From: the human T2T-CHM13v2.0 reference genome, Homo sapiens
Length of the DNA stretch: 64,000 nt
Direction: 5' to 3' (one strand)
NCBI RefSeq assembly: GCF_009914755.1
Contig: NC_060925.1
Positions 28,642-45,168 of this stretch are shown here, one piece after another (position 1 is the first letter of the stretch; the number at the start of each line of letters is the position of its first letter). A model generated the notes under the pieces. The model worked only from the letters and a program-made list of their open reading frames with translations. It was not told where the DNA came from and did not search any database. A program made the position numbers and the translations under genes.

Positions 28642-29111
28642 CCAAGGAAGCAGATGTGTGAGGCTGGGCTGCCCCAATGCTCCTTCTGGTGCCTCTATCT
28701 GCTGAGGGAAGTTCTCAAACTCAGTCAGGTTTGGAAAGTCATTGGGAGATTTTCCTAGAGGAGGCCAGGGAGGTTCCTCTGAACCCTAAGCCTCTTTCAC
28801 CCTCATCCCCAGCAGAAAAGATGTGACAATGCCTGTCCTGACTGAATAAAGAAGAGAGATAAGTCCAACTGAGGAGTCTGTGTTATGGGATAATTGGAAT
28901 TTGTACAGCAAAAGAGAAGCTATTCTCAGTATTTCAAGGAGAAATTATTCAAGTTGAATAAATTAGAGCCTAAACCACAGTCTTTCCGAAGCCTATGGAA
29001 TGTTATTCATGAAGCAGGTACTAGACACAGGGGATTCTCAGGTGCTACTTCAGAAGCCAGGGTGCACCTGCCCCTGGTGGTATGTGTTGAACACCGTGTG
29101 ATGATCCTCAG

Positions 29112-29146
29112 TCCTGTCTGGGAAGCCCAGGTCTTCCCAGACAGGA
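29112..29146. repeat. 14-bp perfect inverted repeat with 7-nt loop
   Basis: TCCTGTCTGGGAAG-cccaggt-CTTCCCAGACAGGA. Confidence 0.95.
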
Positions 29147-29577
29147 ATGCTTTGATAAATCCACTGCTAGGTAGGTAATTCTTCTGTAACATTAATAATT
29201 CGGTTTTACTTTTGGATCCTAAAGTGGAACTACTTAGAAAATCTGCAAAAATCATGCAAAGAAAATCATGTAAAATCATGATCTTTACTTAGGCACTTAC
29301 AGGTGAAATGACGAGGTATCTGGAATTGCATTAAAATAGATCAAGGTGAAAAAGACTGACAAAAACATTAACTGTTAAAACTTGGGGCTATATATCAAAG
29401 ACATTAGTTTCTCTATGAGTATATTTCAAATTTTCCTCAATAAATTTTTTAAAAATTCAATTTAAAATTCAAGCCACAAATAAATGCTTTTTAAAAATTT
29501 CTTAGATTATACAAATAGTGCCATAACATCAAGAATAATCCCAAATCATTCCATATACTTCAAAAGATACAAAACCA

Positions 29578-29928
<351 letters not shown>

Positions 29929-30023
29929 TTAAGAAAAAGAAGAAAAAAATATTCCCTAGATTCAGCCAGTTCCTTATCTCTACTGTCCTTCAGAGTCAAA
30001 TTTCTTAAAAAAATAAGCAACTC

Positions 30024-31100
<1,077 letters not shown>

Positions 31101-31451
31101 AACAACTAAATGCAGTATATATTTCCAGATTGGATCCTGGACCAGGGGAAAAAAAAAAGCTATAAAGATCCTTTTTAGAACATCTGAATATAGACTATAT
31201 CAGATAATAGAATATCAATGTTACATTTCTTTAACTTGGTAATGTACTATAATCACATAAGGAAATGTCCTTGCTCTTAGGAAATATACACAGAGGTAGT
31301 TAGGGACAAACTAGCAAATGATTTAGGGGAAAAAGTGATACCTACAGAGAGAGCAAACACAATAAAGCAAATATAGCAAAACATTTTCAATTGGTGAATC
31401 TGGGTAAAGGGTATACAAGATTCTTGCAACTCCTCTATTAGTTTGAGATCA

Positions 31452-31763
<312 letters not shown>

Positions 31764-32039
31764 TTAAACCTCCCACATTCCCTGTTACATGTAAGATAAA
31801 AGTTTGAACTCCTTGGTTAGGCTCTCTGTGATCTGACTCTTGCCCCCTCTACCATTATCGGTCATCAACTGAGAGGAGGACCACAACCAACATCCTACTC
31901 TCCACACACAAAGATTACAAATTTCTGAACACACCAAACTGCTTTGTTCCATGTCAAACATGTTCTCTCTACTTCCTGCACCTTGTCTGTCTGACAAGCA
32001 CCTTCTTATTTGATGCTATTCAAGCCTCACCTCCTCTTA

Positions 32040-32702
<663 letters not shown>

Positions 32703-32721
32703 TTATGTATTTTTAAAAATG

Positions 32722-33029
32722 TTTTTTATTTTTTATTTTTTTATTTTTTTTGAGATGGAGTCTTGCTCTGTCGCCCAGGCTGGAGTGCAGTGGTGCAATC
32801 TCGGCTCACTGCAAGCTCCGCCTCCTGGGTTCACACCATTCTCCTGCTTAGCCTCCCAAGTAGCTGGGACTACAGGTGCCCGCCACCATGCCTGGCTAAT
32901 TTTTTTATATTTTTAGTAGAGACGGGGTTTCACCGTGTTAGCCAGTATGGTCTTGATCTGACCTTGTGATCTGCCCGCCTCAGCCTCCCAAAGTGCTGGG
33001 TTTACAGGCGTGAGCCACAACGCCCAGCC
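32722..33029 (-). mobile_element. AluY
   Basis: GCAAGCTCCGCCTCCTGGGTTCACACCATTCTCC; TSD TAAAAATGTTTTTT. Confidence 0.9.
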
Positions 33030-33601
33030 TAAAAATGTTTTTTTCTTTCCATGTCCCTGATACAGCTTTTCATCAACTTTCCCAAAGTATGAAAAGAAAC
33101 ACGTATTTTTCACTAAGAGGTCAACCTATTTTCAATCTCTTACACCATTCTATATGTTGATGAACGTAAGTTCTAATAAAATTTTATCTGTTTCTCATTA
33201 CTCATAAATATCATCTATTTATCTAATTGCATCTAAATGCTATTTTATTGCAAATATCCCATTCACCAACTTCAAAAAGAGAAAAACAAAACAAGCATCA
33301 TTAAAAACAAAGCAAGAAAGTAGCAAAATAGATAATTCCAATATCACCTATAAGTACTCAGTTATCTTAAACAAATGAACTCAGATTGTCGACAAAAAAA
33401 TCCAAGGCCCATTCATTAAAGCAAATAAATAACTCATATAACATCTAAAAATCTCACTCATGACCTATTTTCCTTTACTTGTGACCCAAATTTAGTTACT
33501 GGAGTATCTTAGACACTAGCAAAATAGAAAGGTAAGACAAGCTTTTGGACAGATTGTAACGGCAGACAGCAAAGAAACAAAATACACAAAAAAAGTCTAT
33601 A

Positions 33602-33892
<291 letters not shown>

Positions 33893-34295
33893 GTCTATAT
33901 AGAATCTTAACATAGTCTGCTAGAACAATTTTTTTCTAAAGAAAATACATCAAATTGAATAATATTAAATGACAGGAAAAGGAGTAAACATTATAGAAAC
34001 CTCCTTTAAAAATTAAAAACTATTTCAACTTTAAAATGAATGGGTATTAACAGCTCAGGGAGCACATCTGCTTCTTCAAAACAGGCAGAGTAGGAAAAAA
34101 ATGTTGCTAATTTTTAAGAAATCATATAAATCAATTTTTTGATCGTTATCAAACTATTCATAATAAAATTAACATATTACAACCATTCATACAAATGTTT
34201 ACTACAGACACACCTGAACTCAAGCAGTATTAACATTTCAATTTATTTTAGGAATGATGAAAAAATTATTCCAACATTTAAGAGACCACCGTTTT

Positions 34296-34591
34296 GGCCA
34301 GGCCCAGTGGCTCACACCTGTAATCCCAGCACTTTGGGAAGCCGAGGTGGGCAGATCACCTGAGGTCAGGAGTTCGAGACCAGCCTGACCAACATGGAGA
34401 AACCCCGTCTCTACTAAAAATACAAAATTAGCTGGGTGTGGTGGTGCATGCCTGTAATCCCAGCTACTGGGGAGGCTGAGGTGGGAGAATTGCTTGAACC
34501 GGGTGGTGGAGGTTGCGGTGAGCCAAGATCGCACCATTGCACCCCAGCCTGGGCAACAAGAATGAAACTCCATCTCAAAACAAACAAAAAA
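34296..34591 (+). mobile_element. AluSp-like
   Basis: TGACCAACATGGAGAAACCCC. Confidence 0.9.
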
Positions 34592-34620
34592 GAACACCAC
34601 TTTTCATTTTACTGAATTAC

Positions 34621-34724
34621 CTTTCCTGTTTAAGAGCATACTCCAACATTTTGATCCTCCTCACAAGATCCTTCTTCAAATTTTCTTGGCCCTTCCTTTC
34701 TTCCTGTAGGAAGGTAATCTGGGC
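34621..34724 (-). pseudogene. STRN: Duplicated single exon of striatin (coiled-coil region, probably exon 2); unprocessed partial paralog
   Basis: 104-bp exon bounded by CAG| and |GTAATT translates AQITFLQEERKGQENLKKDLVRRIKMLEYALKQE(R). Striatin as I recall it reads AQIAFLQGERKGQENLKKDLVRRIKMLEYALKQER; AQI favours STRN over STRN3 (ARI) and STRN4 (AQV). No neighbouring exons seen. Confidence 0.9.
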
Positions 34725-35009
34725 CTGAGTAGGGGAAAGACAGACAAAATTCAGTTTAGACCAAAAAAAAAAACAGTTTTTTTTAACTCAGTAAAGAACC
34801 TTTGGAAGTTAGAACAATTAGATGCAAAAATATTTCCTTTACACATTTCTCACAAAGCATGTAGAAATATAAAAATGCACTGACTGCAAGGGGGAAAAAG
34901 GATTTAAGTTAAAAAGGGCGGGGGGACATCTAAATGCATTGTACTTCAGGGTAGGGATTTTACAACACATAGTCCACATCAATTAAGAGTCTACAATATA
35001 AAACAACTA

Positions 35010-35348
<339 letters not shown>

Positions 35349-36719
35349 CTAAAGCGTTTGTCTTTTTGCCATCAACAAGATCTTTTTATAAAGCAGGAAG
35401 GGTTAAAGTAAAATCAGTTCTTATAATCCCCTTGCACAAGCTTCATCATATATTTAAATTTTATGACAGATTCCTTAAGTGACTTTATTTTGGACCTCCC
35501 CTACAAAAAATAAATTGCTCCCTTTTCTCAATCCCCACCATTTTTCTCACCCACCTTGACATGTAATCCATAGAAAAAAGAAAGTGAAAGTTGGGAAAAG
35601 GAAAATTAGAGACAATGGCCTTCTGCCCATTCCTGCCCCCCACCCCAAGGAATTACTAAAACCCTACATTTGAACATGAAACAAACTGTAAACAACTTTT
35701 AAAGTCAGTAAAACAGAGGGGCTAGGAAAGAGTAGCTCTCCAGAATATTAAAAGAACATTTACAACTGAAATACTATCTTTCACATAAGAAATTGAAACT
35801 ATGTCACAAACACTAACTTGTTAAAGTGACTCATAATACCTCTTAAAAGTCACAAGGGCCTCAAAACTAGCTATAAATTTCACTATTCTCACATATACCA
35901 CCACCCCCGTCTTTTATACTGACCCACTAAGACAGGTAACAATGTTATTTATGTATCTACAGTGCTTTCCATTAAGTGAGCAAGAACTTTACATTTAAGG
36001 ATGACCTTGCCACATCCCTAAGGAATTGTGAGGATTGTGCAACTCAGGTTTAGCAAGTGAGCCATTAAACTTAATTCTCATTCAAACTTAGTTTGAATGA
36101 CCTTTGTTTCTATTCGGTACCACAAGAAACATAAAATCCAACTTATCTAGTCTCTTATAACTTTCAAAATATAGGTAGTGTTGAGCTTTTCTTTTCATTT
36201 CAATATGCTCTTAAATTCTACATTACAATTAAAGGAAAGATTACATTTATCTTACTGAAATAAAAGTGGTCTGAAAACAATTCAATTGTTTTCAGAGGAA
36301 AAGGCATCAAATATCCACAAGACTCTTTTGAAATTATATATTCTGCAGTGGGATAATTATGTTACCTAACCAGAATAGTAATGACACATGCATTTAAAGC
36401 TGATAAAAATGAAAGTCTTGTCAAAAGGAAGTGACAGCCCAACTTGTCAGGCCAAACATGCTTTGGCATAGAACTTTATATGCTCTTTAAAATGATTTTA
36501 ATAAAAATAATAAGCTAATCAATGTAATCAAACTTTGAAGGTAATAACAATATCAATTATCAATTTTGTCCTCTCGATACTCCTTGGCTAGTTTTGCATT
36601 TCTGCTAACATCATTGGTCCTGGATGATTCTGAAACTTCAGCCTACAATACCGTAAAGTCTTTACTGTATATGTTCAACTTCAAGCATAAGAGAAATTAC
36701 AATTAAAAGTATAATCAGA

Positions 36720-37190
36720 GGCTGGGCACAGTGGCTCAGTCCTGTAATTACAGCACTTTGGGAGGCCGAGGTGGGAGGATAACTTGAGCTCAGGAGTTTG
36801 AGCCTAGCCTGTGCAACATAGCGAGACCACTTCCCTACAAATAATTAAAAAAATCAGCCAGGCATGGTGGCATGTGTCTGTGGTCCCAGCTACTTGGGAG
36901 GCTGAGGCAGGAGAATCACCTCAGCCCAGGAGGCCAAGGCTGCAGTGAGCAGTGATCACACCACCACACTCTAACATGGGTGACAGAGTGAGACCTTGTC
37001 TCAAAAAAAAAAAAAGGGGGCGGGGGGGGGGGGTGGGGTGGTAATCAGGGCCAGGCATGGTAGCTAATGCCTGTAGTCCCAGAACTTTGGGAGACTGAGG
37101 TGAGAGGATTGCTTGAGGCTGGAGTTTGAGACCATCCTGGCCAACATGCCAAGAAGTCTCATAAAAATATTAAAAATATAAAAAATAAAG
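36720..37190 (+). mobile_element. AluJ followed by a G-run and a left-monomer/FLAM
   Basis: AluJ 36720-37015; G-rich run 37016-37041; monomer from ~37049. Confidence 0.8.
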
Positions 37191-37871
37191 TACAATCAGA
37201 TTTCTCCTTTTCCATCAGATGGATAAAGTTCAGTAATTTAATAATATGGTAGAAAACAGACATTTATATGTTAGCTGTGGTGATATAAACCAGTTTCACT
37301 TTATAGAGGACAACTGGTAATATCTGTCAAGTTTATAAATGCATATACCCTTTAACTCAGCAATTTTAGAATGTTATCCTTCAAATATTTATTTGTACAT
37401 ACATGAAATTATATAATACATTACTGATAAAACACAGACAAGAATATGTATACAACCCAAATGACCACCTAAAGGAGACTGGTTAAATAAATGAGTATAA
37501 TTGAAAGAAAATTAGGACCTGAACTAAGACCTTTGAGAAAAGAGTAAAAGAGTATGAGAATAATGTCAATCTTTTACCTTTTTTTCTCTAGAAAACTAAG
37601 ACATTAGAAACAAAAAGTCTTAAAACACATTCCTACATAAAAAAAAGAATTCCTTCTGTAAAACGACCTCAGTCGAAAACATAATAATTGGTATAAATTC
37701 TTACTCTTTTAAAATAAAGATTAAATTCCAGCTAAAAATTCTCCAGATATGGCAGTATATTGCTCTTTGAATTGAACTGAGGAAGGGCGAGGGTGAGAGA
37801 CATAAAAGATGAAAACAGTGAAAGGAAGAAATAAAGGGAAGGGAAAAAGTAAAAAGAAAAAGAGGAAAATA

Positions 37872-38448
<577 letters not shown>

Positions 38449-38720
38449 AAGTGTTATGAATAAATATGTTTAAAAACTTACAAATCATCAACTGCCATTT
38501 ATCAGTACAACTAAACTTAATGATAACAGGATATATTTCTGGAGAAGAAAACTTTGGAATTATTTTCAAGGAAAATGAATGTTGAACTTCCATGATACTT
38601 TGTGTATTTTTCACAGTATAGAAAATTAGATATTCACTTCCTAACCATCATAAACAAAAAAGATAAAAATAATAGAAGGAAGATATTTTACTATTTAAGT
38701 CTGCATGACAGAAAGAAAAT

Positions 38721-39033
38721 TTATTTTTTTATTTAATTTTTTATTTTATATATTTATTTTTTTTGAGATGGAGTCTCACTCTGTTGCCCAGGCTGGAGTG
38801 CAGTGGCACCATCTCAGCTCACTGCAAGCTCCGCTTCCCGGGTTCACGCCATTCTCTTGCCTCAGCCTCCTGAGTAGCTGGGACTACAGGCGCCCGCCAC
38901 TGCACCCGGCTAATTTTTTGTATTTTTAGTAGAGACGGGGTTTTACCATGGTCTCAATCTCCTGATCTCGTGATCCGCCCGCCCCGGCCTCCCAAAATGC
39001 TGGGATTACAGACGTGAGCCACCGTGCCCAGCT
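38721..39033 (-). mobile_element. AluY
   Basis: GCAAGCTCCGCTTCCCGGGTTCACGCCATTCTC. Confidence 0.9.
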
Positions 39034-39199
39034 GAAAATTTATTTTTATATTATTTTCAATTCTAATTTGTCAAAAGGATATATGGAAATAGGAATACAA
39101 ATCTTCTATATTTAAACAGGTTTATCTGCATACGTAATATCTAATAAACAATTAAAATATTTAAAATGTACCACTTAATTTATTAAAGCCCCCCCACCC

Positions 39200-39495
39200 T
39201 TTTTTTTTTCTTTTGAGACGGAGTCTCACTCTGTCGCCCAGGCTGTAGTACAGTGGTGAGATTTCGGCTCACTGCAACTTCAGCCTCCCGGGGTCGAAGT
39301 AATTCTCCTACCTCAGCCTCCTGAGTAGCTGGGATTACAGGTGCGCACCACTACGCCCAGCTAATTTTTGTATTTTTAGTAGAGACAGGGTTTTACCACG
39401 TTGGTCAGGCTGTTCTCAAACTCCTGACCTCGTGATCCACCCACCTCAGTCTCCCTAAGCCCTGGGATTACAGGTGCGAGCCACCGCGCCCAGCC
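39200..39495 (-). mobile_element. AluS
   Basis: Poly-T and dimeric Alu; TSD-like TTATT(A/G)AAGCC. Confidence 0.9.
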
Positions 39496-39963
39496 TTATT
39501 GAAGCCATTTTAAACTACTGTGTATTCTGAAATTTAAAAGGGCTAGGATTCAAAATTGAAATAACTGAGAAGTATATTCAAAATGAAAAATACACAAAAT
39601 TCTTGGGTTGGACACTTTTCAGTAGCTTTTCAGTTACTTGCTATGGAATATAAAAAGCATTCACTTTTACAAAAATCTAAAATAAAATATTATAAAACTT
39701 GATTAATTTAAGGTTCTCATCTTTTGATTTGAACACAAACTTCAAAGTAAAAGAGGAAATATATAAGTAAAAGTCAATTATATGGTTACAGTGTACAGTG
39801 AAGTTTCAATAATCTGCTTTATGTCTTAATGCCTTCTATAAACTATATCTATTCCCTCTGAAAAGCTTTGGATTATATTATCCTCTTAAATCTAGGCTGC
39901 TAGTTTTCTCTGGCACATAATCACTGCCTCTAGCCCTCTCTCTTAAAGACAGTGTCTTTATCA

Positions 39964-40259
<296 letters not shown>

Positions 40260-40274
40260 GCGTCATTATCATTT

Positions 40275-40453
40275 GGTGACATCAAACTTTACCATCAGAA
40301 TCACCCAGATGACTTGTTAAAACACAATTTTTTAGGTTCTACCCTCAGAGTTGCTCATTCAGTAGGTCTGGAGTGGGGCCCAAGAATTTGCATTTCTAGT
40401 AAGTACCCAGGTGATAACGCTGCTGATCTGGGACCACCCTTGGAGAACCACTG
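40275..40453. mobile_element. MER5A (hAT DNA transposon remnant)
   Basis: CAGAATCACC..CAGTAGGTCTGGAGTGGGGCCCAAGAATTTGCATTTCTA..GAGAACCACTG. Confidence 0.8.
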
Positions 40454-40539
40454 ACTTAAACCATTTGTAACACAGTTAGAAGGCCAAAAACAAAAAACAA
40501 AGCAAAGCAAAACAAAACAAAACAAAAAGCAGGAAATAG

Positions 40540-40953
<414 letters not shown>

Positions 40954-41624
40954 CCAGAACCCTACCCTTTTTACTCCACAGAAGTATGGAGTCTTATACA
41001 GGCCTTCAAGCTGACAGATGAGTACATACTAGCTTTTTGATTCTCTTCCAAATTCCTTATTTATGACTATACTTTTGGCAGTCTCCTGATAAAATGAAAT
41101 CTACCAATGTATTTCAGTTCAATCACGTGTTTGGGAAATACCTACTTCCCATCAGGTCTAAACTGCTGTAAAGGAGAATATAGGAAAAACAAATAAAACC
41201 AAGTTTCTACCCACAATGTACTTCCAATCTAGTTAGGGTAAAAAAGCAGCACACATATGTTCACAAAAACAGCTAAGAAAGATAGTGCAGTACTAATAAA
41301 TGAGGATTCAAGTGATAAAATCAAATATTTGTATTTCTTCATTTAACAATATTAGCTAAACACCTACTTTGTGCCTGGCACAGTTATTGGTACTGGGACT
41401 AAAGTAGTGACAAAACAAAACAGAGCTAACAATCCAGTGAATGAAATATATGTTGCCTAAGACGTATGTGTACCAGTAGCATACGTTATATTTACTTAGA
41501 ACCAGAAACACAGTTGCAGGCAAAAGCAGTGAATATAAAAATAAACACAAAAAGCAACTGGATGCCTATTTAACTCTAGAGTCAAGTAGAGAACTGATGT
41601 TCAACTTAAAAATTGCTTGCTTGC

Positions 41625-41789
41625 TTATTCATTTATTTGTTTATTTCTTTGAGACAGGGTCTCACTCTGTTGCCCAGGCTGGAGTGCAATCATAGCTCAC
41701 CGCAGCCTCGAACTCCTCAACTCAGGCAATCCACCTGCCTCAGCCTCCCAAAGTGCTGGAATTACAGGCTTGAGCCACCGCGCCGGGCC
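41625..41789 (-). mobile_element. Alu monomer (FLAM-like)
   Basis: Single arm ending GAGCCACCGCGCCGGGCC. Confidence 0.8.
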
Positions 41790-42178
41790 TATGTGTTTTT
41801 AAGGAGGCCGGCCTGAGTGTGGTTTTCCTTGTTGAAATGTGTCTCTAAGCAGGTTCCTGGCTCCTGGACTTTCTGGGGCAGGGTTTCCACCCTGTCCCTG
41901 GGCAGCCCAGGGGCTGACCCGGAAACCGTGAATTCAGCATGCTCAGCAAAGCCTACAAAGCCATCCTCTTCTGGACAAAGTTCAGACTTCAATTCCTCTG
42001 TTCTCAGATGTCAGGCATAGAGCAGAGCCTTGTTAACCACGGTCACACTGTTTCATACTGAATTGTTACAAATTAGTACTTATTCATCCTGCGTAACTGC
42101 AACTTTGTATTTTTAACCAATACCTCTTCATTTCCTCCTGCTGATGATCAGGGTATATCCATAGATAATCATCACATT

Positions 42179-42479
42179 GGCCTGGTGCGGTGGCTCACAC
42201 GTGTAATCCCAGAACTTTGGGAGGCCGAGGCGGGCGGATCACGAGGTCAGGATACGAGACCATCCTGGCTAAAACGGTGAAACCCTGTCTCTACTAAAAA
42301 TACAAAAAAATTAGGTGGACATGGTGGGTGGGTGCCTGTAGTCCGAGCTACTGGGGAGGCTGAGGCAGGAGAATGGTGTGAACCCGGGGGAGGCGGAGGT
42401 TGCAGTGAGTCGACATCGCACCACTGCACTCCAGCCTGGGCAACAGAGCGACAGAGCGAGACTCTGTCTCAAAAAAAAA
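42179..42479 (+). mobile_element. AluY-like
   Basis: GAGACCATCCTGGCTAAAACGGTG; AATGGTGTGAACCCGGG. Confidence 0.88.
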
Positions 42480-42752
42480 GTCTACCAAGGAGTTTTGCTT
42501 CACCCATGAAAGGAAGAAAATGGTCCAGGTAAAACGGCCATCGGGATGTAACAAAAAATTGTCAACGATCACACTCTATAGAGGTGGCTGATTTGATACA
42601 ACACCCAGTGAAATTTTTGACGACAAATATTGCAGACTGCAAGAGACGCTTCTTGTTCGTAGAAATAGAAATAAAGCATGGTGTCTGTGCCTGGCTTTCT
42701 GCTGTAAGCTGAAGTACTTCATGGCAGCAGGAATTGGGCAACCCACCGTTTA

Positions 42753-43259
<507 letters not shown>

Positions 43260-43287
43260 TCATAAATGTGTACAATCATTATGGAGT

Positions 43288-43580
<293 letters not shown>

Positions 43581-43808
43581 CGAACGATGACTCTTAAAAA
43601 TAAAATAAAACTTTAGAAAAGAAGAAAATCTAATGGTGGTTTTTGTCTTTTCATTGGCTCTGTGTTACTTTGTAGCTGCAATTTTTTTTTCCTTCATTAA
43701 GTCAGCTCCAAATTTGCAAACTCAAGTGAAAGGTGAGTGAGTTTTCTGTGTATCTTCTTGGCATGGGGTGGTGAGTGTGTGTACGTGTGAGTGTGTGTGT
43801 GTGAGTGT

Positions 43809-45135
43809 GCTGGCTGTCTTGGCTGGCTTCGCTGGCTGGCTGGCTTGGCTGCTTGGCTGGCTTGGCTGGCTTGGCTGGCTGGCAGGCTTGGCTGGCTTGC
43901 CTAGTTTGGCTGTCCAGGTAGCTTGGCTGACTTGGCTGGCCGTGGGACATGGCTGGCTTGGGTGGCTGAGTGGATTGGCTAGCTTGGTTGGCCGGCTGGC
44001 TTGGCAGGATGGATGACTTGGCTGGCTTGGCTGGCTTGGCTGGCTTGGCTGGCAGGCTGGTTTGGCTGGCTTGGCTGCCTTGGCTGTCTGGCCGGCTTGG
44101 CTGGCTGGCTGGTTGTCTGGCTTGGCTAGCTGACTGGCTTTGCTGCTTGGCTGGCTGGCTGGTTGGCTTGCTTGGCTAGCTGACTCGCTGGGCTGGTTGG
44201 CTGGCTTGGCTATCTTCCTGGCTGGCTTGGCTGGCTTGGCTGGCTTGGCTGGCTGGATGGCCGGGTGGCTTAGCTGGCTTGGCTGGCTGGCTGGTTGCCT
44301 TGGCTGGCTTGGCTGGCTGGGAGGCTTGGCTGGCTTGGCTGGCTTGGCTGTCTGGGCTGGCTAGCTGGCTTGGCTGTCTTGGCTGGCTGGGTTGCTTGGA
44401 TGGCTTGGCTGGCTGGCTGGCTTGGCAGGCTTGGGTGGCTATCAGGCTTGGCTGGCTTGGCTGGCTGTCTATCTTGGCTGGCTTGGCTGGCTGGCAGGCT
44501 TGGCTGGCTTGGCTGGCTGTCTGGCCGGGTGGCTTGGCTGGTTTGGCTGCCCAGGTGGCTTGGCTGGCTTGGCTGGCTGAGTGGCTTCACCGGCTTGGCT
44601 GGTCAAGTGGATTGGCTAGCTTGGCTGGCCAGCTGGCTTGGCAGGCTGGATGGCTTGGCTGGCTTGGCTGCCTTGGCTGGTTGGGTGGCTTGTCAGGCTT
44701 GGATGGCTGGGTGGCTTGGCTGGCATGGCTGGCTGGGTGGCTTGGCTGGCTTGGCCGGCTGGCTGGCTTGGCTGGCTGCCTGGCTTGGCTGGCTTGGCTG
44801 GCTTGGCTGGCTGGCAGGCTTGGCTGGCTTGGCTGGTGGCTGGCTTGACTGGCTTGGCTAGTTGGCTGGCTTGGCTGGCTGGCTGGGTGGCTTGGCTGGC
44901 TTGGCTGGCTGGCTGGCTGGGTGTCTTGGGTGGCTTGGCTGGCTGGGTGGCTTGGCTGGTTTGGCTGGCTGGCTTGGCTGGCTGGCTTGCTGGCTTGCTT
45001 GGCTGGCTTGGCTGGCTGGCTGGTTTGGCTGTCTGGGCTGGCTGCCTGGCTTGCATGGCTTGGCTGGCTGGGTGGCTGACCAGCCTGGCTGGCTGGGTGG
45101 CTGGCTGGCCTGGCTGGCTGGCTGGCTGGCTGGCT

Positions 45136-45168
<33 letters not shown>

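Noticed and set aside
37016-37041. G-run after an Alu tail as a regulatory G4
   Set aside because: Short, sits between Alus, prone to homopolymer error, and has no supporting context
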